From Spirochaetia bacterium (lineage in GTDB: Bacteria; Spirochaetota; Spirochaetia; UBA9216): a stretch of 64,000 nt of DNA. Where the stretch lies: NCBI GenBank assembly GCA_965140585.1, contig OZ223269.1:1088001-1152000 (forward strand), written 5' to 3'. Positions 37,786-47,545 of this stretch are shown here, in pieces (position 1 is the first letter of the stretch; each line of letters starts with the position of its first letter). Both the position numbers and the translations under genes were made by a program. The notes under the pieces are model-generated. The model saw only the letters and a program-made list of their open reading frames with translations. It ran no database searches and had not been told where the DNA came from.

Positions 37786-40068
37786 ATGTCCGATGCTATC
37801 TTAAATTTATTAAACAAAGATTCAGACTTTGTTAAAAATGTAACTCACTGGGAAAAAATTCCTGCTAAAGCCGGATCCTATACAGATTTCCCTGAAGATA
37901 TAAATCCAATACTGCGCAGCATATACAGCAAAAGGGGTGTGGACAGACTTTATTCACATCAAAAGCAGGCATACGACTTTGTAACCGAAGGGAAAAGCAC
38001 TGTTGTAGTGACTCCCACAGCTTCCGGAAAGACTATGTGCTACAATCTGCCGGTTCTTAATTATCTGCTTTCAAATCCCGAAGCTCGGGCTCTTTACATG
38101 TTTCCTACAAAGGCTCTTTCACAGGATCAGCAGTCGGAACTCAATGAAGTGCTTCTTTCAGATGAGCTTCCAATTAAAACCGTTACTTATGACGGTGATA
38201 CACCCTCATCGGTAAGGGTTGCCGCAAGAGACGGAGGCAGGATTATCATTTCAAACCCGGATATGCTTCACGCGGGGATTCTGCCTAATCATCCGAAATG
38301 GATAAAGTTTCTTTCAAACGTAAAGTTCATTGTCATAGATGAACTTCATATATACAGAGGCGTTTTCGGCTCTCATGTAACCAACCTGATAAGACGTCTG
38401 AGACGAATCTGCCGCTTTTACGGTTCAGACCCGATTTTTATATGCTGCAGTGCGACAATTGGAAATCCGCTTGAACATGCTCAGAATGTACTGGAAACCG
38501 ATGTAGCACTGGTTGATCAGAACGGAGCCCCATCCGGAGAAAAGCACTTCATACTGTACAATCCTCCGCTGGTTGATGCGGTACAGGGAATCAGGCGGGG
38601 TGTTGTACTTGAATCGCAGCGTATTGCACTTAAGTTTCTAAAGCAGCGGGTAAAGACTATAGTGTTCTGCCGTTCAAGAATACGTACAGAACTGATAGCC
38701 TCCTATATCAATAAAAGCCTGGAAAATATGTTCAACTACAACAGCCGTACACGCGTTGAGGCATACCGTGGCGGCTACCTGCCTAACGAACGGCGTGAAA
38801 TAGAGAAAGGCCTTCGTGACGGCAGCATTCAGGGTGTAGTTTCAACCAATGCACTTGAGCTGGGAATAGATATCGGTGGGCTTGATGTTTCAATAATGGC
38901 AGGCTTTCCCGGCAGCATATCCTCATCATGGCAGCAGGCCGGACGCGCGGGAAGACGCAGCACCACATCGGTCTCGGTGCTTATTGCATCGATGTCGCCG
39001 GTTGATCAGTATGTAATAGAGCATAAAGACTACTTCTTCGGACGCAATCCCGAATCTGCCCGAATCGATGCGGACAACATATACATCCTGCTTGATCATT
39101 TAAAGTGCGCGGCTTTCGAGCTTCCCTTTGAGACAGGCGAAGAGTTCGGGGAATCAACTGAAGAGCTTCTGCTTTATCTGGAGGAGGAAGGTGTTCTGCG
39201 GCTTACCGGAGGGAAGTATTTCTGGTCTGACCGTTCTTATCCGGCCGAGACTATATCTCTTAGAAGTGCTACTGCCGAGAACGTTGTGATTATCGATGAG
39301 ACAGCCGGCAAATTTAACGTGATTGGAGAGATGGACAGGCCGTCTGCAAAGGAAATGCTATTTGACAATGCCGTATACATTCACCGCGGAGAACAGTTCC
39401 AGGTGCGTGAGCTCGATATTGAGAATAAAAAATGCTTTGTCAATAAATCCGATCTCAATTATTACACCGACGCAATCGTCAAAACCGACATCAAGCTTCT
39501 TGAAAGGGATGCTGATAAAACCATCCCCGGAGCATCGGTGACCGAAGGTGATGTGCTTGTCCGTAAACAGGTAGCCAAATTCAAAAAGATTAAATACGGC
39601 ACGCACGAAAATATCGGCTACGGCGAGATCTTCCTTCCTGAAGAAGAAATGCATACAAGAAGCGCTGTTATAGTATTTTCAGAAGGCACAAAATCACGTG
39701 AGGCTTTTGAGAAGATCCCTGATGAACTAAAAGAGCATATTATCGGACGTATCGGCAGCCTTATACAGAACGTGGCACCTGTGTTTCTCTTATGTGATGT
39801 ACGTGACCTGGGTATAGCAGAGAGGCTTAAAGATCCTGTACTGGGACAGCCTTGTATTTACATATACGACAGCTATCCAGGAGGGACAGGATTGTCAGAG
39901 GGGATTGCAGAAAAAGCATCGGTTATTCTTTCTGCTGCTAAGGAACGCATTGAAAACTGCAGCTGTGAATCAGGCTGTCCTTCCTGCATAGGGCCTGATG
40001 AAGAGGAACCAGTCACTCATAATAAAAAAGAGATAATCATAGACTTCCTCAGAGGATGGCTCGACTGA
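37786..40068 (+). CDS. DEAH-box helicase with DUF1998 C-terminus (MrfA/YprA/Hrq1-like)
   Basis: PTASGKT, PTKALSQDQ, DELH.YRGVFGS, SAT, QQAGRAGR, C-terminal CSCESGCPSC. Confidence 0.92.
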   Translation: MSDAILNLLNKDSDFVKNVTHWEKIPAKAGSYTDFPEDINPILRSIYSKRGVDRLYSHQKQAYDFVTEGKSTVVVTPTASGKTMCYNLPVLNYLLSNPEARALYMFPTKALSQDQQSELNEVLLSDELPIKTVTYDGDTPSSVRVAARDGGRIIISNPDMLHAGILPNHPKWIKFLSNVKFIVIDELHIYRGVFGSHVTNLIRRLRRICRFYGSDPIFICCSATIGNPLEHAQNVLETDVALVDQNGAPSGEKHFILYNPPLVDAVQGIRRGVVLESQRIALKFLKQRVKTIVFCRSRIRTELIASYINKSLENMFNYNSRTRVEAYRGGYLPNERREIEKGLRDGSIQGVVSTNALELGIDIGGLDVSIMAGFPGSISSSWQQAGRAGRRSTTSVSVLIASMSPVDQYVIEHKDYFFGRNPESARIDADNIYILLDHLKCAAFELPFETGEEFGESTEELLLYLEEEGVLRLTGGKYFWSDRSYPAETISLRSATAENVVIIDETAGKFNVIGEMDRPSAKEMLFDNAVYIHRGEQFQVRELDIENKKCFVNKSDLNYYTDAIVKTDIKLLERDADKTIPGASVTEGDVLVRKQVAKFKKIKYGTHENIGYGEIFLPEEEMHTRSAVIVFSEGTKSREAFEKIPDELKEHIIGRIGSLIQNVAPVFLLCDVRDLGIAERLKDPVLGQPCIYIYDSYPGGTGLSEGIAEKASVILSAAKERIENCSCESGCPSCIGPDEEEPVTHNKKEIIIDFLRGWLD

Positions 40069-40071
40069 TAA

Positions 40072-41343
40072 ATGGCAGGCCCGGATCTTCGCGCAAGACT
40101 TGAAAGACTCAGACAGGCCCGGGGCGACCTGGAAAAGGGGACAAACGGTATCAAACCTCCAATTCCCCGGACAGGGAATGAATCACATCATGCTGCACGC
40201 ATCGCAGAACGTGAGGCGGTTAATGCCAGGATTCATGAAGGACTGATAAGCCGGGGTTGGGTAAAAGAAGCCGGATGTGTATACAAAAAAACAACTCTTA
40301 AAGAAAATTTTCTGCAACCGCAGATATCCAACTTCCTGTATCCCGATTTAAAAATGACTCATAATCATGAACCGGCTCAGGATAGTGATAGAGCATGCTC
40401 AGAAGATATACCGGCTGAAAGGTTTATTTTCTATGACTGTGAAACAACCGGAGTCTCCGGAGGCGCGGGAACAGTGATATTTCTCTGCGGCTTCGGCTAT
40501 GTTACATCGTCCGGTTTTGAAATAATCCAGTATCTGATGACCGACTTTCCCGGGGAACCCGACTTCCTGAATCTGCTTAAAGGCTTTGTATCCACAGATC
40601 GAATATATGTGTCATACAACGGAAAAAGCTTCGACTCAAACCTGATGAAAAGCCGGTTCCTCCTGAATGGGATAAAGGCAGAGTTCGGCTATCAGCTTGA
40701 TCTGCTTTATCCGGCAAGAAGGCTCTGGAAAAGTATAACTGGAACCTGCTCCCTCGGGGACATTGAACGTGGCATACTGAATAAGCAGAGAACAGATGAT
40801 GTTCCCGGTTTCCTGGTTCCGGATTATTATTTCAACTTCATAAAAACTGGTAATTTTGATTTTATGAAGGATATAGCCGCCCATCATCTTGAAGACATCG
40901 CAAGTCTTATGCAGGTACTTGCTATCACTGAACAGCTGTACTGCATACCATCCGGCCATACAAAAAAAGATATCGGTATCAGATATGATTTGAACGGCCT
41001 TGCAAGAATGCTTATCGAACGGGGAGATTCCCGCGGCGCAGAACTGTACGAACAGTCGTTCAGAGATGGAAGCCGTAAAGCAGGCCGTATGCTAGGGTTT
41101 TATTATAAATCGGTCAAAAACTATGATGAGGCTCTAGGGGTATGGAATGAACTCTGGCGACGTTTCCTCAGTATCGAGGCTGCCGTTGAAATTGCAAAGT
41201 ACTACGAACACGTAAAAAAAGATCCGCAAAAAGCACTCCGGATCACACAGGAAATACTTAATCTTGAACACATAAGAATTAAAAAGCACCTTCCGGAACT
41301 CCGTCACAGGCAAAAACGACTTGAGCGGAAGACCGGAGTTTAA
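40072..41343 (+). CDS. RNase H-like (DEDD) exonuclease with TPR tail (MrfB/YprB-like)
   Basis: FYDCETTG, SYNGKSFD, DLL..ARRLWK, H…D; C-terminal helical repeats (EIAKYYEH). Confidence 0.88.
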   Translation: MAGPDLRARLERLRQARGDLEKGTNGIKPPIPRTGNESHHAARIAEREAVNARIHEGLISRGWVKEAGCVYKKTTLKENFLQPQISNFLYPDLKMTHNHEPAQDSDRACSEDIPAERFIFYDCETTGVSGGAGTVIFLCGFGYVTSSGFEIIQYLMTDFPGEPDFLNLLKGFVSTDRIYVSYNGKSFDSNLMKSRFLLNGIKAEFGYQLDLLYPARRLWKSITGTCSLGDIERGILNKQRTDDVPGFLVPDYYFNFIKTGNFDFMKDIAAHHLEDIASLMQVLAITEQLYCIPSGHTKKDIGIRYDLNGLARMLIERGDSRGAELYEQSFRDGSRKAGRMLGFYYKSVKNYDEALGVWNELWRRFLSIEAAVEIAKYYEHVKKDPQKALRITQEILNLEHIRIKKHLPELRHRQKRLERKTGV

Positions 41344-41493
41344 AAGCAATCGCTGAAAAAACTCAGGATAGCTTTTTTTAATATTTCAGATTGAAAATGA
41401 TAAAGTTAAGCAAATAGTTTTTAGAATAGTGGTTGATTAAAATTCCTCTCCCACATTTTCCGCCACCACCCGGAGGGCAGTTGTTTTCTTTGG

Positions 41494-41576
41494 TAACCTT
41501 TCTTTTATCTGAAAAAAGAAAGGTTAAGCCCGGCCGGCTTGAGGCCGTATAGGCCAAAATTAAGTCCATATGGACT
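41494..41576. repeat. Cluster of consecutive hairpins (REP-like or structured element)
   Basis: TAACCTTTCTTTT/AAAAGAAAGGTTA 13-bp stem, followed by AAGCC/GGCTT, GGCC/GGCC and AGTCCA/TGGACT. Confidence 0.55.
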
Positions 41577-41652
41577 CTTTGTATGTTAAAAATTTTTTCA
41601 GTTGTGTTAGTTTTTCCAGTGTAATCACAAAAATGGTTGTAGGAGAAAAACT

Positions 41653-43434
41653 ATGAAACACTTGAGGCTGATTCTATTTCTGCTTATTGCATTCTCTGCA
41701 GTACTGCTTACAGGATGCCCGCCGGAGGTTGTCCCGATTGAAGAGGATCCTTTCGAATCCATGGATGAAAATACCGATGAAAATGTTGTGCCGACTAATC
41801 CATCCAGTACCTGCGAACTTTTAAGCTTTACATTTAAAACCGCCGACAACAGCGGTTTATCACGGGATGTAACTGCAGAGTTCGACGAATCTGATGTTAC
41901 CATCATTCTTCCTTATGGTACTGCTTTGGAAAATCTCAAAGCGACTTTCACCCATAACGGCAGCAGTGTGAGTATAAATGGTACTCTACAGACAAGCGGT
42001 TCAAGCACCAATGATTTTTCAGATGAACTTATCTACACAGTAACCGCGGAGGACGGCAGCAGCCGGGATTACTACGTACTGGCAATAAATACTTACAGCT
42101 CCGATGCAAGAATGGGTGTATTCGGTTTTGCAGCCAGTGAAAATTCTGAGATAACGCAGGATACTTCAGGCGTCTTCGATCATGACGCTGGAACAATCAC
42201 AGTAATCCTTCCAGGCGGAACAGATGTAAGTGCTCTGACAGCGGTTGTCACAACGGTCGGCAGAGAAATCAGGATTGGTGATATTGTTCAGGAAAGCCAT
42301 ATTACAGTAAATGATTTCTCCGAACCTCTTGTTTATACGGCGGTTGCGATGGACGGTACAGAAAAGAATTACACGGTAACTGTTTATTATGAGGCCGATG
42401 AAAATCTTGCAGCGATGTCTGAGCCCGGAGATAAGGGTTCTTTGTATCTGCCTGGCTATTCAGCCGAAATCAGATTCATACTTGCAAACGACACTGAAGG
42501 AATGGAGTTCCCGATCAATCCCGAAGATGATGCAATATCTTCAGTATCAAGGCGCTACATGCTGGGAGAAACGGAACTCACAAATGCAGAAGCCCTTGCC
42601 ATTCTGGATTGGGCTGATAATGAGTTTCTAATCAGCATTCTGTCCTGGAAGCCTGTCTATGCTACCGCCTCGACTGTTATGGAGTATGGGCAGGAGCTGA
42701 TAGATCTTGATTCTGCCTCCTGTCGCATTGAATACTCAGCATCAACCTACACATTCAGTGTGGAACCCGGCTATGAAGATTATCCCCTTACAGACATAAG
42801 CTGGTACGGTGCCGTAATGCTATGCAGCTGGCTTACAATGATGCGTGACGGAAGTACCGATAACCTCGTGTACGTCTTTGATCAATTCGGTGATGCCGAC
42901 TGGACATCCTCCGATCCCGCATGGCAGAAGGATGAAACTGTCATGCATATGCACCGAAACGGCTACAGGCTGCCCTCAATTGATGAATGGGAACTCGCAG
43001 CCCGTTATATCGGTGATTTTAATGGCGATGGGGACAGCTGCGATGCAGGTGAATACTACCCGGGCACATTTGCAAGCGGTGCAGATACAGCCTTTGATGT
43101 GTTCTCCGGCGGAACCGACATTGACGGTGACGGGGATGTTGATTATATCACTAATGTAGCATGGTCATATTCTGCGACTTATCCCTCTTTCTATCATACA
43201 AACGAAGCTGGGACCCTGCATTCGAATAAGCTGGGCTTTTTTGATATGAGCGGGAACGTAAGTGAACTCTGCTGTGAAAATGCAGATTCCATCCCCGGTG
43301 CGGTTTATGTCAGAGGCGGCTCCTGGAATTTTGATGACAGTGTCAGCCGGGTCGGAAGGCGTGAGTTTCTTACACAGGCAGCGGATCTTACAAACGGTTA
43401 TGCAGGACTGCGGCTCTGCAGAAGCGTGGATTAG
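41653..43434 (+). CDS. Lipoprotein with two Ig-like (DUF5018-like) repeats and a C-terminal FGE-sulfatase/CLec domain
   Basis: Lipobox LLTGC; repeated NDFS.xL.YT..A.DG; ISWYGA..C, GYRLPS.DEWE.AAR, DMSGNV.E, RGGSW, GLRLCR. Confidence 0.85.
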   Translation: MKHLRLILFLLIAFSAVLLTGCPPEVVPIEEDPFESMDENTDENVVPTNPSSTCELLSFTFKTADNSGLSRDVTAEFDESDVTIILPYGTALENLKATFTHNGSSVSINGTLQTSGSSTNDFSDELIYTVTAEDGSSRDYYVLAINTYSSDARMGVFGFAASENSEITQDTSGVFDHDAGTITVILPGGTDVSALTAVVTTVGREIRIGDIVQESHITVNDFSEPLVYTAVAMDGTEKNYTVTVYYEADENLAAMSEPGDKGSLYLPGYSAEIRFILANDTEGMEFPINPEDDAISSVSRRYMLGETELTNAEALAILDWADNEFLISILSWKPVYATASTVMEYGQELIDLDSASCRIEYSASTYTFSVEPGYEDYPLTDISWYGAVMLCSWLTMMRDGSTDNLVYVFDQFGDADWTSSDPAWQKDETVMHMHRNGYRLPSIDEWELAARYIGDFNGDGDSCDAGEYYPGTFASGADTAFDVFSGGTDIDGDGDVDYITNVAWSYSATYPSFYHTNEAGTLHSNKLGFFDMSGNVSELCCENADSIPGAVYVRGGSWNFDDSVSRVGRREFLTQAADLTNGYAGLRLCRSVD

Positions 43435-43484
43435 AATTTAGTTTGATTGAAAAATACTGGGGCATCGTGATATATTTTAGTCCG

Positions 43485-44432
43485 ATGTCCCTTTATTACA
43501 GAAAAAGTATTAAACCTGTACTCACTTTGTTTTTCTCACTATCTGTACTCTTTGCAGGTATAGCAATCACAAACATGGAACAAGTCCCATCAGAAGGCAA
43601 TTATTACCTGAATACAGGCTTTATATTGATGGTTATTCATCTGATTTCATATTCAGTAATAAATTATGTACCAGCGCAAAATTTTCCAGTTCTTTTTCTC
43701 ATTTTCGGGGCGGTGATTATCCTCTCGATAATTGCAGCAGGAGCCCTTATCCATCCTGACTTTCTTCGATCTTCATTTCACTCTGCCGGACAGCTGTTTG
43801 TAATATCGCTGTACCGCAAAAAAGATCTCTATAAGGAAGATCCATCGAAAAATGTTACAAGAAGCCTCATCCTTATCAGCCTTGTTATGATCTTCGCATC
43901 TATTATGTGGATGCTGCTGCTAGGGTATCATATAATTTTTAGAAAAATAGATTCCGGATTTAACTGGATGCTGTTTAATCTGTATTCAGTTGTTAATATC
44001 CTTGTCGGGATAGATGCGGTTATAATTCTTCAGAATTCACTGAACCGTCACGTCATAGCCGGAATAAATTTTCTGAAGATTGACGGAAATGATTATTCAA
44101 ACCTTTTATCGCCGTCAGATCTTGAAATAATAAGCCTGTTTGCAGGCACCCCTGAGCGGAAACTCAACTGCAGCAGAATCATGGCCCGTTTAAATACTAT
44201 ACATGATGAAACTGTGTTATCCCGACAATGTACCCTGTGTCTTGAGAAGAGAATGAAGGCTACTCTCTGTTCCGATTATAAGCGCATTTATAATCAAATT
44301 AACAAACTTAAACGTTTCTTTGAAACAATGGATATAGGAACCATCCTGCCGCCGGAAAATAAAATGGATATTACCTCCAAAGGGTGGTCGCTTCACATGT
44401 TTGAGAATACCAGACTTCACATTGATAAATAG
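43485..44432 (+). CDS. Multi-TM protein with a C-terminal winged-helix-like, Cys-containing domain (putative membrane-bound regulator)
   Basis: ~6 hydrophobic segments, then IDG…LSPSDLEII.LF…C…CTLC…C…YNQINKLKRFF…KGWSL. Confidence 0.6.
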   Translation: MSLYYRKSIKPVLTLFFSLSVLFAGIAITNMEQVPSEGNYYLNTGFILMVIHLISYSVINYVPAQNFPVLFLIFGAVIILSIIAAGALIHPDFLRSSFHSAGQLFVISLYRKKDLYKEDPSKNVTRSLILISLVMIFASIMWMLLLGYHIIFRKIDSGFNWMLFNLYSVVNILVGIDAVIILQNSLNRHVIAGINFLKIDGNDYSNLLSPSDLEIISLFAGTPERKLNCSRIMARLNTIHDETVLSRQCTLCLEKRMKATLCSDYKRIYNQINKLKRFFETMDIGTILPPENKMDITSKGWSLHMFENTRLHIDK

Positions 44433-44551
44433 AGCGGGTTAAAACAACTCGTTTCCGTACGTTTTCAGCGGCACTTTCGTTAAATCAGTTTATTGATAAT
44501 ATATAATTATGCTCAGAACATTAAGTTTAATCGAACTGTTTCGGAGTATGT

Positions 44552-45658
44552 ATGAAAAAATCCTTAATAATTCTGATGACTATTCTTTTGACTACAGGCA
44601 GCATGTTTTTTCTCAGCAGCTGCAATATTGATAATAATACAACACCGCCTGGTACAAACACAACAGATACAGACAGCACGGGTACGGGAGCAGGCGACAC
44701 AGATACCGGCGGGACAGACGCTCTGCCCGGAGGCATAGTTTATACCGGCTCACTGCCTGAAGACCTGGACTCAGTTACTGATACTACAGTTTTTTTCAGT
44801 TATGCCGGACCTGACGGCAGCGGAATAGGCTCAAGCGATCTTGATTTCGGGCTGCTTTCAGACGGCACTGTAGACACTGGAGCCAATCAATTTTCAATGG
44901 TTTATGAGGATGACGGAGAAAACTATCCTTTTACAGCACAGGGACGGGGCACTTTATATGGGTCCACTGAAGGTTATTCAAGATCCTACATTATAGGCGA
45001 AGGAATAAATCCTATTGACGGAGATATAGAATATACTTCAAACTCCTACGCACTTAATAAAGTATATATAAGTTTTGCTTCAAGCAGTTCAGCCACAAAG
45101 AATGTCCTGTTGACATATGATGTTGAGCTTGAAGGTGAACTGACAACAAATGAATTGATTAATGATGTAACATTTCCGGCACCGGCTTATGTAACTGCAG
45201 GGATAGGGTTCGGATTAAAGGCATACAGAATGGAATGGCAGAATGATGAGCTCAATCCTTTTGGAGCTCAGGTTTTTAAATCGGGAGCCACTTACTATGA
45301 ACTTTCAGGAACTGTTAAACTTACTAACCGGAATGATGACGGAATATATGAAATAGTGGGAGAAGGAGGTCTTCTTTCATTAAACGGAGATGATAGTTTT
45401 CAGCCAGTTTCCGGCAGTACTGTGTATTACGTACATGAAACGTTTGAATGCAGTTTTAACGTTGATATAGAAGACATGATAGAGGTTGTTAACACTGTTT
45501 CAACAAATGCAGAAGTGCTGTTCTTAGATAATATGAACGAAGGGTATGCAAAGTCTGAGTCCCAGGCTACACGTAAACCGAAAATAAGCAGTATATTTGC
45601 AGTCGACCCGGATGATTCAGACGCTGAAATAACAATCTACCTGCAGCGTGCAGAATAA
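44552..45658 (+). CDS. Lipoprotein of unknown function
   Basis: FFLSSC lipobox, Thr/Gly/Asp-rich linker, acidic beta-rich body. Confidence 0.75.
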   Translation: MKKSLIILMTILLTTGSMFFLSSCNIDNNTTPPGTNTTDTDSTGTGAGDTDTGGTDALPGGIVYTGSLPEDLDSVTDTTVFFSYAGPDGSGIGSSDLDFGLLSDGTVDTGANQFSMVYEDDGENYPFTAQGRGTLYGSTEGYSRSYIIGEGINPIDGDIEYTSNSYALNKVYISFASSSSATKNVLLTYDVELEGELTTNELINDVTFPAPAYVTAGIGFGLKAYRMEWQNDELNPFGAQVFKSGATYYELSGTVKLTNRNDDGIYEIVGEGGLLSLNGDDSFQPVSGSTVYYVHETFECSFNVDIEDMIEVVNTVSTNAEVLFLDNMNEGYAKSESQATRKPKISSIFAVDPDDSDAEITIYLQRAE

Positions 45659-45745
45659 AAACTAACCGGTTTTTTACACAAAGTTCCTGTGAATAAAAAT
45701 TGAACAAATTTGTAGTATGAGGTATAGATAAACACTGGAGGAAAA

Positions 45746-47488
45746 ATGTTTCTAATTACCTTATCAGCAAGTTTTGCGGTTCTGGCCGTATTTTATTTTA
45801 TTTCAGCAATCGGTAAACAGAAAAGTACAGCAAATGCCGTGCTTAATCTTGTTCTAATTTTAATAACAGCAGCCGTGACAGGCTGGATTTTCTGGCTGGC
45901 CAGACCGGCTATAGGCTTCAGATACCCGGCCTTATGGCTGTGGGCTCTGACAATGACTGCAGTCGGACCGTTTTTTGCCGGCCGCAGAATCAATATCTAC
46001 TATTTTTTACCTTTCTCAGTAGTTGCGCTGACGGCAGTGGTTATGCTGTTTGCAGGCGGAAAAATCATCCGGTCAAAAGACTATTACAGTCTCATGAACA
46101 ATAAAATTACCGATACAGAATCACTGGATTTCAACGCCGATGTTGAACCCGTTGATCTGTCAAAACTGAGGCTGGTTGATCAGCAGCTTGCAGGACAGAG
46201 GGGAAGCACACTTATTGAAAGTATTTCAGGCCTTGGATCACAGGTTGAACTGGGCCGCATGAGTATTCAGAACCTCAACGGAAGCTTTGATATTGTAACC
46301 GGAGAAGGCGAAAACCGAACCCTTACCTTCGATAATGAACTTGTCTGGGTAGGAGTTCTGCATCCATCCGGAGCTTTTAAGGAAAAAACCACTCCCGGCT
46401 ACATCATTGTCTCTTCACAGGATGCAAGCAGAGCCTTCTTTGTAACAGCTCTAAACGGCAAAAAACTCGAAATAAACTATTCTACCGGCCATTTTTTTGG
46501 AAACAACCTGCAGAGATACCTGCGCGCCAACGGATACATGATGAAGGGTATCACCGACTATACCTTTGAACTTAAAAATGACGGTACACCTTATTATATT
46601 GTTTCGCTATATAATAAAACTATCGCCTGGAACGGACCTGAAGCAGAAGGGATAGTCGCAGTCGATGTACTGACTGGTGAAATTACAGAATACAGCATTG
46701 ATGAGGCGCCTGCTTTCATAGATAGAATACAACCTGAACTCTTCATAAACAAACAGCTTAACTACTGGGGCGCCTTTACTCACGGATGGCTAAACAGCTG
46801 GATTAAGCAGAAAGATGTACTTAAAAAGACTGAAGGGACGTCACTGGTTTATTCCGGCGGCGAAGCCTACTTCTATTCGGGTATGCAGTCTGCCGGCTCG
46901 GACAGGGGTACTACGGGCTTTGTACTGGTAAATACAAGAACAAAGAATACCCGTTTCTACAGAATCAGCGGAATTACAGAAGACCGTGCCGGAGAAGCAC
47001 TTGAAAACGCCAAGGGAGTAAAGGAAGCCGGTTATGCGGCAACTCCGGCAATTTTATATAACATCGGCAGTCGTCCGGTATACTTTTGCACACTCAAGGG
47101 TGCCGACGGTCTTGTAAAGATGTACGGATTTATATCGCTTAAAAACGAGCAGATCCTGGGTGTTGGAACAACAGTAAGAGAGGCCCTCCGTGCCTTTGAA
47201 ACCGCCCTTGTAAACTCAAGCGATTCGCTGTCCATTGATTCGGCGGTAAGTGAGACTATTATTGAAACAGTCGTAGCTGATATTACATGTGAGACAATCT
47301 CGGGAATGACCTACTATTACATAATCATTGATGATTATCCCGAATTAGAATTTCTTGGAAGCAGTGACACCTTCCGTGAGCTTAAATGGACAAAACCCGG
47401 AGATATGGTCCGTATCACATTCCCCGAAGGTGAGCAGAAAACCGTTTCATTACGTGATTTTGATAATTTACGGCTTGGACTACAGTAA
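45746..47488 (+). CDS. Conserved-type hypothetical membrane protein (~4 N-terminal TM helices + large extracytoplasmic domain)
   Basis: GGAGG SD; hydrophobic N-terminus; P.FIDRIQP…WG..HGW.N motif. Confidence 0.75.
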   Translation: MFLITLSASFAVLAVFYFISAIGKQKSTANAVLNLVLILITAAVTGWIFWLARPAIGFRYPALWLWALTMTAVGPFFAGRRINIYYFLPFSVVALTAVVMLFAGGKIIRSKDYYSLMNNKITDTESLDFNADVEPVDLSKLRLVDQQLAGQRGSTLIESISGLGSQVELGRMSIQNLNGSFDIVTGEGENRTLTFDNELVWVGVLHPSGAFKEKTTPGYIIVSSQDASRAFFVTALNGKKLEINYSTGHFFGNNLQRYLRANGYMMKGITDYTFELKNDGTPYYIVSLYNKTIAWNGPEAEGIVAVDVLTGEITEYSIDEAPAFIDRIQPELFINKQLNYWGAFTHGWLNSWIKQKDVLKKTEGTSLVYSGGEAYFYSGMQSAGSDRGTTGFVLVNTRTKNTRFYRISGITEDRAGEALENAKGVKEAGYAATPAILYNIGSRPVYFCTLKGADGLVKMYGFISLKNEQILGVGTTVREALRAFETALVNSSDSLSIDSAVSETIIETVVADITCETISGMTYYYIIIDDYPELEFLGSSDTFRELKWTKPGDMVRITFPEGEQKTVSLRDFDNLRLGLQ

Positions 47489-47545
47489 TAATTACAGATA
47501 TAATAATTTGTTGAATAACAGATTTTAAAAGAAACGGAGTATAAT

